This document shows, piece after piece, positions 25,520-37,544 of a DNA stretch of 64,000 bases. The position numbers and the translations under genes are program-made. The DNA is from Eledone cirrhosa (Eukaryota), in NCBI GenBank assembly GCA_964016885.1, contig OZ024743.1, forward strand, positions 293,322,001 to 293,386,000, in the 5' to 3' direction. Within the stretch, counting starts at the first letter, position 1. Every line of letters begins with the position of its first letter. The notes beneath the pieces were generated by a model. That model ran no database searches. It was not told where the DNA came from and saw only the letters and a list, made by a program, of their open reading frames with translations.

Positions 25520-25945
25520 TATATATATATATATATACATATGCCTATATATATATATATATACATATGCCTATATATATATATATATGGGGAAATAGAA
25601 TCTTCCTGTTCTTTTAATCTCTTAAGTACGTTTTTCCTCCTGCCCTCACCAATTCCTCCCCACTCAGTCAATCTACTTCACACTGTACTGTACTACTGCA
25701 CTACTCAACTCTACACTACTTTCTACATTACTAAAGCAATCTGCATGTAGGCTTGCCTCATCTTTCTACCTATGGGATGTGTGTATGTTAGAATACATGC
25801 ATACGTGTAAGTATATATATATATATTCCTTTTATTAATATATATATATATACACACAAATGCACACACAAATGTGTATGTGTGTAGATATATGTTCTTT
25901 CCGCATGTAATATGTCCTTATGGTATATTTTAATGTATCACTATG

Positions 25946-25990
<45 letters not shown>

Positions 25991-27587
25991 TTATATGTGT
26001 ACGTGCTATAGATGTGAATGTATATTCATGCTGTTTCCATTTATGGATGTACGGATACACTAAGTTTTGGATCTCTGTGGTTGGTAGTGTTTCTCATACT
26101 TATAGTTAACACTTTAAATTCCATAGCGTTGTGAAAACTTCTGTCAGTTGGTTGTCTATCAGATTTCCTTCCAACCAATACATCATCATGATGGTTGTTC
26201 CTATTCTGTTAATGTGTTTATGACCAAGTATTGTGTTTATTTCCAATACAATTTATCCATTCATCAAGTTTAACACCCACATGGTTCTTGGGTACCTTTA
26301 GTAGAGTCTACTCTGTCAAAAGTATTCAGGCATAGTCTCCAGTTGGTGGATGCCTTCCTCACTCCCCTCTCACCAGTATTAGAAACCATGAAAATGGTAA
26401 TGGACACAGCCCTTTACTGCTTGGAGTAGTAGGTGGGGAGAGGGAGAGAAAAGACCCCAGTTTAAGTTATCATAAATAGGAATTAAATAAACAATAGTTA
26501 TATATGTTTCTCTTGCCTTAAAAAGGCTTTTAATTCAAAGGAATATGTGTTCCATTGGATGATAACTGTTCTAATTGTTTGATCAACAGAAATTGTGAAA
26601 TTTACTTGAAACTGGCTGTGCATCCCACAGACATTTCTAATCTTAATATTGGTTGCCTGCAGGTGTGAACTGTTAGGTTGAGTGGCTGTTCTAGCACATC
26701 TCCCTCACTGTCCTTTAAGGCAATGTCTTCTCTATCCTGTCAGCCAGAACCAAGAGGTGGACATATTCAGGCTGGAGGTAGGGTGACAGTCTTCTGACTT
26801 AAAGATTGATAATACTGACATCAATTACTTCACATTTTCAAGCATATAGAACATGAGACAAAATGTAATAAGGTTGGCCTTTAGTGTTACAAGTATGGCC
26901 CATCTATTGCAATTGCAAACAGTTTTCCTCTATACAATTTCAATCAAACAGGTTGGGTTGACTCAAGTAAATGATACTTGCTGATGATTTTATATGGTGG
27001 GATCAAACCAATTCCCTTATGATTGCGAAACCAACTTCTTATACATTTGACCATGCTAATTCCATAAACAACTTAACTTTTAATAACCAATATTTCAGAT
27101 GTTTCTTAGTGTTGTTAATTGTACAGCTCCAGGGCAAACTGGATTATGCAGACATATGGTAAAAATTATTCCAGCTGCACCTCTTCTTAGGAGTAAGACT
27201 AGATTCTCTAACATGTCCTTGCTTTGTTTAAACTGGTAGGATGTAATTTGGTGGACATTTTGCTGCTATTTTTAGCAGGCCGACCAACTATGTATGGGCT
27301 CCAAATAAATGACAAGTATATTTTATCCCTTTGAGATAGGAAGTAGAGGCTCCAAATAAATTATAACTATATTCCCTCCCCACTCCAAGAAAGGGTACTT
27401 TGTCTAAGTAAATCTGTACAGGATGTGGAACCAATTACTAACAATCAAGTGATTTTTGATATAGAATTAATTGTTTCTACTTTTGGCACAAGGCCAGCAA
27501 TACCCAGTGCATTACTGGTACTTTATTTTATCGACCCCATAAGGATGAAAGTCAAAGTTAACCTCAGAATTAATGAAATGCTGAAAC

Positions 27588-27750
27588 AGGCCTGGCTGCA
27601 CGGTTAAGAAATTTGCTTCAATGACCACACGGTTTCAGGTTCCATCCCAATGTGCAGCTCCTTTGGCAAGTGTCCTTTTCTATAATCTCATGCTGATTGA
27701 TATCTTGTGAGTGAATTTAGTTAACAAAAACTGCAAAGAAGCTAGTCGTC
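27588..27750 (+). mobile_element. Old tRNA-derived SINE with CORE-like motif (family C)
   Basis: TGGCTGCACGGTTAAG..GGTTCCATCCC..CCTTTGGCAAGTGTC..TTGTGAGTGAATTTAG; similar copies near 39880-39990 and 59098-59260. Confidence 0.6.
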
Positions 27751-28666
27751 TTTATATATATATATATATGTAAAATGTAAACAGAAATAGCAAAGCAAAC
27801 AACATAGTACAATGAAGAAATATATAGTTGGATATAGTAGGAAAAGAGTCATACCATTTCAGACACCAGTCCTTCACCAGAAGGAAGAATGAGAAATAAA
27901 AGATGAAATAGAAAGATAAAGGTTGGATTCCTTGTGGTGACCAATGGCAACTTCTTTTTCACCCTATTTTTATAAGCTATTTTATAGCATCTCCAAGCAT
28001 GAGCACACACACCACTTTTATTCATACATCTTTATTTAAAACTGTCTCTCTTATCTATTATACTAAAACTCCGGACATTACCTTACGGAAAAAATCCTAA
28101 GAAACAAAAACCGTAGAGTGCTTCCCATGTTTATGAATAAGCAGATTTTTGATTAAACAACTTTCTTCAACGATATATATATATATATAAATATAAATTA
28201 GCGAGAATCGTATTTCGGCTATTGGAAATTAGCGAAAAACAACTTCCGAGATGTGTGGCAAGAGCTACATAGAAGCTAATGAACTAGAGCTACAACATAA
28301 GTTAAAAGGCCAAACACACTGAGACGATGGTTAAACCATTATCCGCACAGCCATAGAAACGACCAAGTAATTCAGGTCAAACAAATAAAATGATTGAAAA
28401 TTATACCCGGACCCCTGGAAGGTTGGTAATATCCAGTATTGGGTTTCTGCAACTCCTAAATCAAGTACTGTCCGCTTAGACAAATAATGTTAAGCTTTTG
28501 GTATGATGATCGAACAAGGATGTCACTTTCTCAACAGGCTTTTAGTTCAGTGCCAAGCGAAAGACTGACCGTTATCAAAACCCACGTGGGGCTCGACAAG
28601 TTAGTTTTGGCAGATGAATTCAGTATGTGTGTTATTATTGCAAAATTGCAAAATATCACAAAACGA

Positions 28667-28700
<34 letters not shown>

Positions 28701-30420
28701 ATGGTGTTGGTAATAATTCTGGTGATGAGGATGGTTATGGTAGTGTGGAAGATGATAATGGTATTAATAGTGATAATGCTGGTGGTAAGGATGATGGTGA
28801 TGGCCAGGATGATATTGGTGGTGCTGGTGCTGGTAAGGATGATTGAAATCTGATCTGTGGGTTCTAACCTCTACTTACTTAATATAAATAAGTAAACAGA
28901 AAGCATGGTTTTATCCCTATATCTTGTATAAAGTAACTGATTTTATCTAGAAGATTCAGAGAGAAAGAAATAATGTTAGTTTTCTGGTTAGAGTGGGGGT
29001 TATATGATGGCTGCAGCCATAGTAGATAATGATGGTGCTGTTGGAGGTAATTTTAGGAAGGGGGCTTGTTGTTGGATGATGGATGGTGGTGGTATTCATG
29101 GTGGAGCTAATTGGTAGCCCTTTTAGCAGTAGCAGCAGTAGTTCTATTAGTAGTGGTATAGGTTATTGTTGATAGCCACAGTGGCTATGGGGATGATGAT
29201 AGTGGTGATGATGATAATGGCTGCTGACAGATAAGGACATTGATGGTGCCCCAACACCCTCAGTTGGTTGCTGTTTAGTCCCAGGTCAAACCTGACTGAA
29301 CAAACTTATGATCAAGGGGTATTTCAGCCATGATGGACCAGCCTTCCTTTTTTTTTCTTTTTTTTCCAGACATATTGTATAGCCAGGACTTGTTGAATGT
29401 ATTCTTTATTTCCTTTTTTCGTTTGTAAGATTTGACTGCTCTCCACCCCCTTTCACTCCTGCTCTCTCTTTGCCTCATGATCATAATCATGTTGCTTTTG
29501 GGGACTCTTTTTGTGGAGATGGTGGTGATGAAAATAATGATGACTAAGATTATAATGGAAATGATGATGGCCATGATGATTATGGAGTTGGGTAGATGTG
29601 TATAATCCTCCCAACCCTTGCTGACCTCCAGCCTCTTTTGTTTATACAAGATGCCAGCTATTCCACCAAAATCAACAACTTCCTGTTTACAAAATACATC
29701 TGATTCCTTTTCCTGATGGACTTTCAATGTCACACTCTAAAATAAAATATATCCAACTTGTCAAAAGTTTTCTCTAGGTATGTATGGGTTGGGGTAAGTG
29801 TGTGTATGTGTGAGTGAGTGTGTGTGTGTGTGTTTGTATGAGATTGATTATGTGATTATGCATATGTTTATAGGTTGTGTAGTATTTCTGAATGTCTATA
29901 TATATCATCATATATATGTATATATATAAACACACACACAAACATATATGTATATGCTTTAACCCACATTCCCATGTACACACACACAATTATACAATTA
30001 TATATATATATATATGTGTGTTCTAATGAGCCCATAGATATGTGTATCTCAGCTGTTAGTAATGGGGATGAGGTGCCTGCCTATGTTTATATGGCTTGCA
30101 AGTTCACATGTGTGTGTGTGTAATTGTAACAATGAAGCACAGACAAGTTGAGAGAGAGGAAAAGAACTGGGTATAAGAGGAATCCGATGTAATGTGTACA
30201 TACGTGAAGTCGACATAACCAGCAAGAAAGTACCAATACAGTGTAAATAATACCTAGTACTTACATTCACTCAAAACTTACTTTTCCCTCTATGATCTTA
30301 TATAGGTCTGTGTGTATAGTTAGTCTAAAATTGTTTACTACATTGATATTACATTAGTAGTTGAAACATTGATTTGTGTGTAAAAGCAAGCGTGTGCATG
30401 TATGTATGTATGCATGTATG

Positions 30421-30481
<61 letters not shown>

Positions 30482-30485
<4 letters not shown>

Positions 30486-30598
30486 TGTCCTTTGTCATTT
30501 CCTCTGTGAGCTTCAGCGATCTGAGGTCAGCTCTCACCACATCCGCCCATGTTTTTTGTGGTCGTCCTCTACTCTCTTCCTTCCACCACGATTTCTTG
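30482..30598 (-). mobile_element. Internal RTE fragment embedded in (TA)n
   Basis: About 116 bp matching 31073-31189 with roughly four substitutions; encodes RGRPQKTWADVVRADL; no 3' tail. Confidence 0.85.
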
Positions 30599-30941
30599 TA
30601 TATATATATATATATATATACATATACAGAGAGAGAGAGAGAGAGATTGGGAGTTATCGGTTTAGACTTGTAAGACCATTGTTCAGCTAAGTTCTTCATA
30701 CTTGGGAGAGTAGGGTGTTGGTATTGTAAAGAGTTAGTGCCCGCGACGTTCCGACAGTGAATCCAGGGCTTGGAAATTGCTGAAATATGCCAGTTATTCA
30801 TTTGACATTGAAACAACAAGAGCTCAGTCATCAGGCACTAACTCTTTACAATATATATATAGATAGATACACAGATATATCAGTATATGGGTATGTGTGC
30901 ATGTATATATGTATGTATGTATGTGTGTATTTATGTACGTA

Positions 30942-31011
<70 letters not shown>

Positions 31012-31013
<2 letters not shown>

Positions 31014-31380
31014 CATCATACGTCTGCTTTCCCTTGAGACAGGTCCTTTTCCGCACAGCATCTCTCCATTTGTCACTGTCCTTTGTCATTTCCTCTGTGA
31101 GCTTCAGCGATCTGAGGTCAGCTCTCACCACATCTGCCCATGTTTTTCGTGGTCTTCCTCTACTCTCTTCCTTCCACCAGGATTTCTTGGCACTTCTTTA
31201 CCCAGCGGTCATCTTCCATGCGCATCACATGTCCATACCAATGCAATCAAACTACAGTTTATCCCTCTTATACACAGTTTCACTCTCAACTCGTCTATGC
31301 TTGGTAGTTCATGCACATTGACATTTTGGATCCATCGGAGCATGATGGCTTTGTTTCTCTCCAGCCGTCACATATCCATC
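31012..31380 (-). mobile_element. 3' end of a second RTE LINE subfamily
   Basis: [35 protein letters not shown], short 3' UTR ending TATGATGAT; older related piece at about 38620-38710. Confidence 0.85.
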
Positions 31381-32140
31381 GCATATATATGTATAATTAT
31401 AAACTGTGAGGTTTAAGAGTTTTTTTTGCAACTACAGGTTTCTGAATTCGGTTCCAAAGGTACTCTAGCCTTGGGAGTTGAATTTGGTAAACAGAAACTG
31501 CAGAAAACTGTCATACATGCATGCCTACATCTACGTACACACACACATCATCTTTATCATAATTTTAATGTCCATTATATATTTAACATTGGTGACAAGA
31601 TAAACACTCCCAGTACATTTTGTAAAGTGATTGGTGATAGTAATGGCATGCAGCCACAGCAATCTTGCCTAACAAAGGGTCAAGGCGATTCTTCAGCTGT
31701 TGCTTCTGCCATGATAAAATACACCCAGTGGAGCGTATGATCAAATGTAAGCAAGGTACAGCCTCTAGCCCTTCTGAGAGAAGAGTAACTCTGATTAAAT
31801 ACTGGCTTGGTCTGTAATGACTCATTAAACACTTGCTACGATGGAAGAAGGATGGTAAATGGTGATGGGGCTTGTGTCTGTGTGCGTGTGTAAAGTATAA
31901 AGTGTGAGAGGGTAAAGAAATTCATTATATTATGATTTGATGGCCATACTTATATATCTAATTAACTACCATGAATTTAACACTTCCATTTGTATAAACG
32001 ATTCGGTGAATGTATGTAAGCTTTTCTATAAATGCTTCAAATTTATATAAAACATACATACACATATATACATATATACAATATATAGATACATGTGTGT
32101 GTATATATATATATGTTTTACGTCCACTTTTTTCCCTGCT

Positions 32141-32176
<36 letters not shown>

Positions 32177-32853
32177 CAAGCAGGGAAAAGCGGACGTAAA
32201 ATGATGATGATGTATGTATGTGTGTATACACACACACACTCACACACACACACACACACACATACACACACACACACACACACATGCATATATGTATATA
32301 TGTATATTATGTCAAATTCTTTGAGGGGAAATGTAGAATTCGTTGTAAATCCTAGTAAAAATATATTCCCAATGTACATAGGTGTATGCTGGTGTACAGT
32401 GGCACCACTTAATTTAAAGACAATTAGTAGACTTATGATTTAATATTAATAATTTCTATTTATTTGATTACTTCTCTTTGAAACTATATATGAATAGAAA
32501 GAAAATAAAATTGTCATTTATATAATGTAAGCTTAAATATGAAAATTTCAGATCAGCCAAATGCAATTATTAATAGTATCACTAACGCCACACAAATAAA
32601 TATCACTTAATTCAAGGATATTTAAAGCATATAATTCTATTTCAACAAAATAGGTTGCATGCTTTTAAAGATCAAGAGAAATAAAATTGAATGGCAATAA
32701 TATTTGGTTGAGGAGTTGAATTTTCTCAAAATAAACATTTATGAGACCTTCAATCTATAAGTTAATGATTACATTGTCATCTTCCTATTTTTTGTACTAT
32801 ATCAGCATATAATTCACTCAATTTCTTATGTTTATTTTGATGAATACTCATAT

Positions 32854-33025
32854 TATGAAGGTCAGCTGAAAAGCTCATAGGTTGACTAAGATAGACTCAT
32901 GGAATGACCAAATGGGGTTTACCTTTCAACATAGTCCCGGGAAAGAATCAATGCAGTTAAGATTTCACAGCTCTGGCATCACTCCTTCATAGTTAACCTC
33001 TGAACTTTTTAAGCCTATGCTCGTA
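32854..33025. mobile_element. Tc1/mariner-type MITE (same family as 17562)
   Basis: TATGAAGGTCAGCTGAAAAGCTCATAGGTTGAC ... TGAACTTTT..GCTCGTA. Confidence 0.65.
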
Positions 33026-34432
33026 ACCTGTTTCCATAGGTTTTCTATTGGCATTGTAACCCTTTTATTATTATATTTCTAATTATGATATGAAAGTAAT
33101 CTAAAATTTAGAACGATTTTGTAATGTAACAAAATATCTCATCATGAAGCTGGTGTTTGGTCCACAAATGTTCTTGCATAAAATTATGAGGGAATATTTT
33201 TTAGATGAACAGAAATGCTTTAAAATAAACAGTTTTGTATTCTGATACAAACCCAGGCCAGTTTTAGGTGGTTACTATTAAAAGTGTTAAAGTACATCAT
33301 TGTGATGGCTGCTGCAGCATTTAGATTTTCTTGTTTTTGATGGAAGCTTGATTATGTATGCATAATCTTCTTTTAGTTCTCCAGAAACGCTGTCCTACCC
33401 ATGAGGTCCTTAATTTGATCTATGAGATTAATTTATTTTCTAGATATGCAGCTCCAAATCTTGATATTGCCACCACACTCTGTAAATTGCTTGATATTAG
33501 GAAGAGCTTCCATCCATAGAAACCATGCCAAAAAGTGCTGAGAAAGCCCTTCAATTACAACAGGACAACCTCCCTAGTATTGTTGCCATAAAAAATGCAG
33601 CCAGTACACCCTGTAAGGTGGTTGGTGATGAGAAAAGCACCCAACTGTAGAAACCGTGCCACAAAAGGATTAGGAGGTCTCTTCAGTTGTATCAAAATCC
33701 TCAAAAAATCTCAAGTGTTAGCATAATGATGAACAGCACCCAGTACACTCTGTTAGTAATAGCAAGGGCATTCAGCCTTAGAATCCTTGCCAAACAAAGG
33801 GATGATCATGGTTAAAATTCTTTTGATCATATATTTTACTTGATCAGAAATTATTGTTGCATTTAAACAACATAAACTAAATCAAAGGTTAACATAGAAT
33901 GTTACTCTACATCGTTATTCAAATTACAAGAATAAGTAGTGAAGTTAACCTAAACTCAGACCTTAGTGGCTTTGAAAGAAAAGGTCAAAGACATCATCAT
34001 CAGTACCTAAATTTTACATTTGCTTTCCATGCTAACATGGGTTGGATTGGTCACCATGTTCTGTGTTTGTTCTTATTTAGAGTTACTGCCTTCCTAGACA
34101 GGTCAGTCTCATAAATTTAAAATAAAAGACTGGTTGATCACACCTGAAATGTGTTTGATTATAGGCTTGCTGAATTAGGAATGGGTATGGGTGGAGCTGT
34201 GGCTACACAACAACAACAGAAATTAACAGCAACTACAACAGCACATATGACAAGGACAGCAACAGCAACAAACAAATGAACTTCAGTACAGTTTCTCAAC
34301 ATAAAAGAATAATAGAATGAACAACAACAAGGGCAACAACAACAATGAAAACAACAAAAAACTACTGCAGTAACAGTAATAACAAAAATAACAGTTGTGG
34401 CAATGACTGACAAGATTATTTGATTGACCGAC

Positions 34433-34464
<32 letters not shown>

Positions 34465-36312
34465 AGAGTTGACTGGACAGACAGTTCGCTGTGCAATGCA
34501 TAGTGTTAATGAGCTCACGTCAGAATCAGAGTTAACTCGTTAACTAATTTTAACGAGTTTCCTTCAGACTCAGAGCGATTGGATAATGACAGTACATTAG
34601 AATTCAACTGAAGGTTCACTGCTATTCTGTGTAATTTAAGAGAAGGAAATAGCCATTAAACAACTCATGCGTATAAAAGGAATAGAAGAGAAAATAATGG
34701 AAATAGAAAGAATAGAATGGAAGATACAAGCCAATGCATGCAGCTGTGACCTACTGCTTGGTTATGTGGAATTATTGCATCAGAGGTCAACAGAGGTCTA
34801 ACGCTGTCCAGAAATATGCCCTTTTAGTAGTAGTATGAATATTGTTTATTTATGGTTTCTATTTTATCATTGATGTATTATTGTCCTGGCAGACAGAGTG
34901 GCAAATGTGTTGTACAGGAAGATAATGAGAATGATGTACGGAGAAAATCCAGTTCAATTGATGGTCTTCATTTTTGTAGATGGCCATCTTCATCCTGATC
35001 AAACCATTTTGTAAGAGATATTATACATACATCACAAAACATTTTCATAAACAAAGGTATTCTTATTAGTTATTGATATTCTTCATTAGACATTTTTTAA
35101 AGGAAAATATCAGGAAAAAATCTAGAAAAACAAAAAATTGCCAAAAAAATATTTTTGTTGAAATTAAAACATAAAATAACATAGAAGCTATCTTTGTTAT
35201 TTCCTTTTAACACTTGTAAACAGAGTGAAGTTGATAATTGTTTTATGATTTCTCGTTGTTTTTGCATAGTACAGGATGTTAAGGGTTGAGTGAATGAGAG
35301 ACACCATTTCCTTGGATAGGTAAAAGTTGTAGTCTCTCATAATAAACAATACTATTCTGCTATATATAAGCATGTTTCATCATCATCATATTTATGTCCC
35401 CTTTTCTGTGCTGGCATGGGTTAGACAAGGCTTTTTGAGGCATTGCTTTATGGGAGAGGTTCTTCCTGGTGTTATTTCTATGTAAGCATACATAGAAAAG
35501 ATTATTTAAACTATGATAGTCTCTTTAAATCAGAAGGATATTTAGCTGGTGTTTACAAGTTCTATTCCCAGTCTATATATGTTGTTGTTGTTATTTAATA
35601 TTAGGTCCTTTTTTATTTAGGAGCAGACTTCTGAGGAAAAGAGTCCTAGCCATGATCATACCTGTCTATTTTTTTTAGACTATGTACCACTAAGACTACA
35701 TTATATAATACAGAAGGTCCCAAACTGTAACATGACACCATAGTATTCTATGACAATTTAGTGTACTGCCAATAATCCCTAGGTATGTCAGGAAATAAAT
35801 TAAAATCTAATCAATTTGTACAAATTGGTTGTGAATTATATTTGTGATCTGACAAATCTGTGTCCAATTAGATATATAATTGGTGGCATGAGATATAATA
35901 TTTAACATATATACTCATATATAAGCTGAGAAATATGTGACAAAAAATTTAATAGTAAGATGGGAGGGGTGTTTATATTCGAGTATATAGGGTATTTGTT
36001 TATTTATTAATTTTGTATCCTTTACAAAGTTTAATATATATTTCAGAAATGATTTTGTTCTTAAAAAATGTGAACAGTTTAAAAAGCTTTAATCTATTGT
36101 GTTCCTTGTTTTCGAAGACAGCAGGTTGTGATTTTCAGAAAATTTGACTGGTTTGTTTAACAGGTTAACCAACACTATTTGAGGTTCTCACATTGGCTCT
36201 CACCACTGCACACTGCACTTTGTTGCTATGTGATTTTGTGCATGTGAACACCAGTCTTTATAAGTTTAGCTTCATTAAGACAGCACACACACACACACAC
36301 ACTTGCATATAT

Positions 36313-37139
36313 CATCATCATCATCATCATCATCAACGTTTAACGTCCGTGTTCCACGCTTGCATGGGTTTGGACGGGGGTAGTCCCACTTGAGGCAAGA
36401 GTGATTGTCTTGCTCGCATAGGACTGTCTGGCAGGTTTTCTACAGTTGGATGCCCTTCCTAACACCAACCACATTTACAGTGTGGGTCTGGGAGGTTTTT
36501 ACCGTGTTGCCTACACGGCCACATTACAGCGTGGACTGTGTGTTTTTTTTGTCGTGACACCTACACGATCTCATTTGTTTCGGCCTGGATGGCGCGGCAC
36601 CAACATAACTTTACATAGAACGGGGTGGTGTGGATGGGGTGGGGGTGGTGGCGGGACGGGGTGTAGTTTGTTAGAGATGCCTACTGGCAAGGCGGGTCTT
36701 CTCTGTTACTGAGTACCGCCAAAGGTCACGGTCCAGTGACATTGTCTTGGAGAGGTGTAAGTGTGTGAGGTCGGAGTTTATCAGCTCATCCCATGTTTTT
36801 CTAGGTCTGCCTATTCCGTGGCTACCGTCTATCTTTATTGCCCTGCACTTTGTAATACAGCTATCGACTTTCATGCGCATCACGTGTCCATACCAACGCA
36901 GCCTTCTCTCGAGTAAACAACATCTGATCCCTCTTATCTCTAATTTTTTCCTTAGTTCGTTTATGCTTTGCCGTTCACGTATATTACTGTTACACATCCA
37001 GCGGAGCATGCAAGCTTCGTTCCTCTCTAGTCTGCGTATATCCTCTGCACACAATGCCCAGGTCTCACTACCATGCAACATTGCTGTTCGTATGCAGGCA
37101 TCGTACAACCTGCCTTTCATTTTTAGGGAGAACCCTTTA

Positions 37140-37140
<1 letters not shown>
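36313..37140 (-). mobile_element. Young 5'-truncated RTE LINE, open reading frame to the end
   Basis: ORF 36671-37120 nearly identical to 23748-24326; (GAT)n tail; probable TSD GCATATAT at 36305-36312 and 37140-37147. Confidence 0.95.
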
Positions 37141-37202
<62 letters not shown>

Positions 37203-37301
37203 AAAGTTAAACAAGGTTCAATAAATACATCAAAGAATGAGTTTTACAATAGATTGGAAGCACTCAAAAGTAAAAAAAAAAAAGGTTTTCTAGAGTTATT
37301 A

Positions 37302-37501
37302 ATATTAATTCAAAATATTAACAAAATAGATATTCTTGTGATCAAGTATACTTTATTATACATATTTCAGAGGTACTGATTTAAGTTCAACAGTACGTCC
37401 TCATCAGATAAAATAAGATGATTCATGACATACCCTGACATAGTAGATGGTTAAGATTCAGTTGATCACAAGAATATCTATTTTGTTAATATTTTGAATT
37501 A

Positions 37502-37505
<4 letters not shown>
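37302..37505. mobile_element. Penelope-like terminal remnant with exact 44-bp inverted repeats enclosing the hammerhead
   Basis: 37302-37345 is the reverse complement of 37462-37505; the unit plus a 100-bp extension lies between two (TA)n runs. Confidence 0.65.
37349..37415 (-). ncRNA. Minimal type I hammerhead ribozyme
   Basis: Minus strand: TATTTTAT-CTGATGA-GGACGTACTG/CAGTACCTCT-GAAA-TATGTA-TA-ATAAAGTA; intact core, stem II 9 of 10 pairs, stem I 8 bp. Confidence 0.8.

Positions 37506-37544
<39 letters not shown>

Noticed and set aside
28487-28853. 119-aa ORF with acidic Gly/Asp tail
   Set aside because: Runs through (CA)n and (GAT/GGT)n repeats; no recognisable domain.
29275-29733. 152-aa minus-strand ORF
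   Set aside because: Spans simple repeats and a dispersed-repeat fragment; composition is not protein-like.
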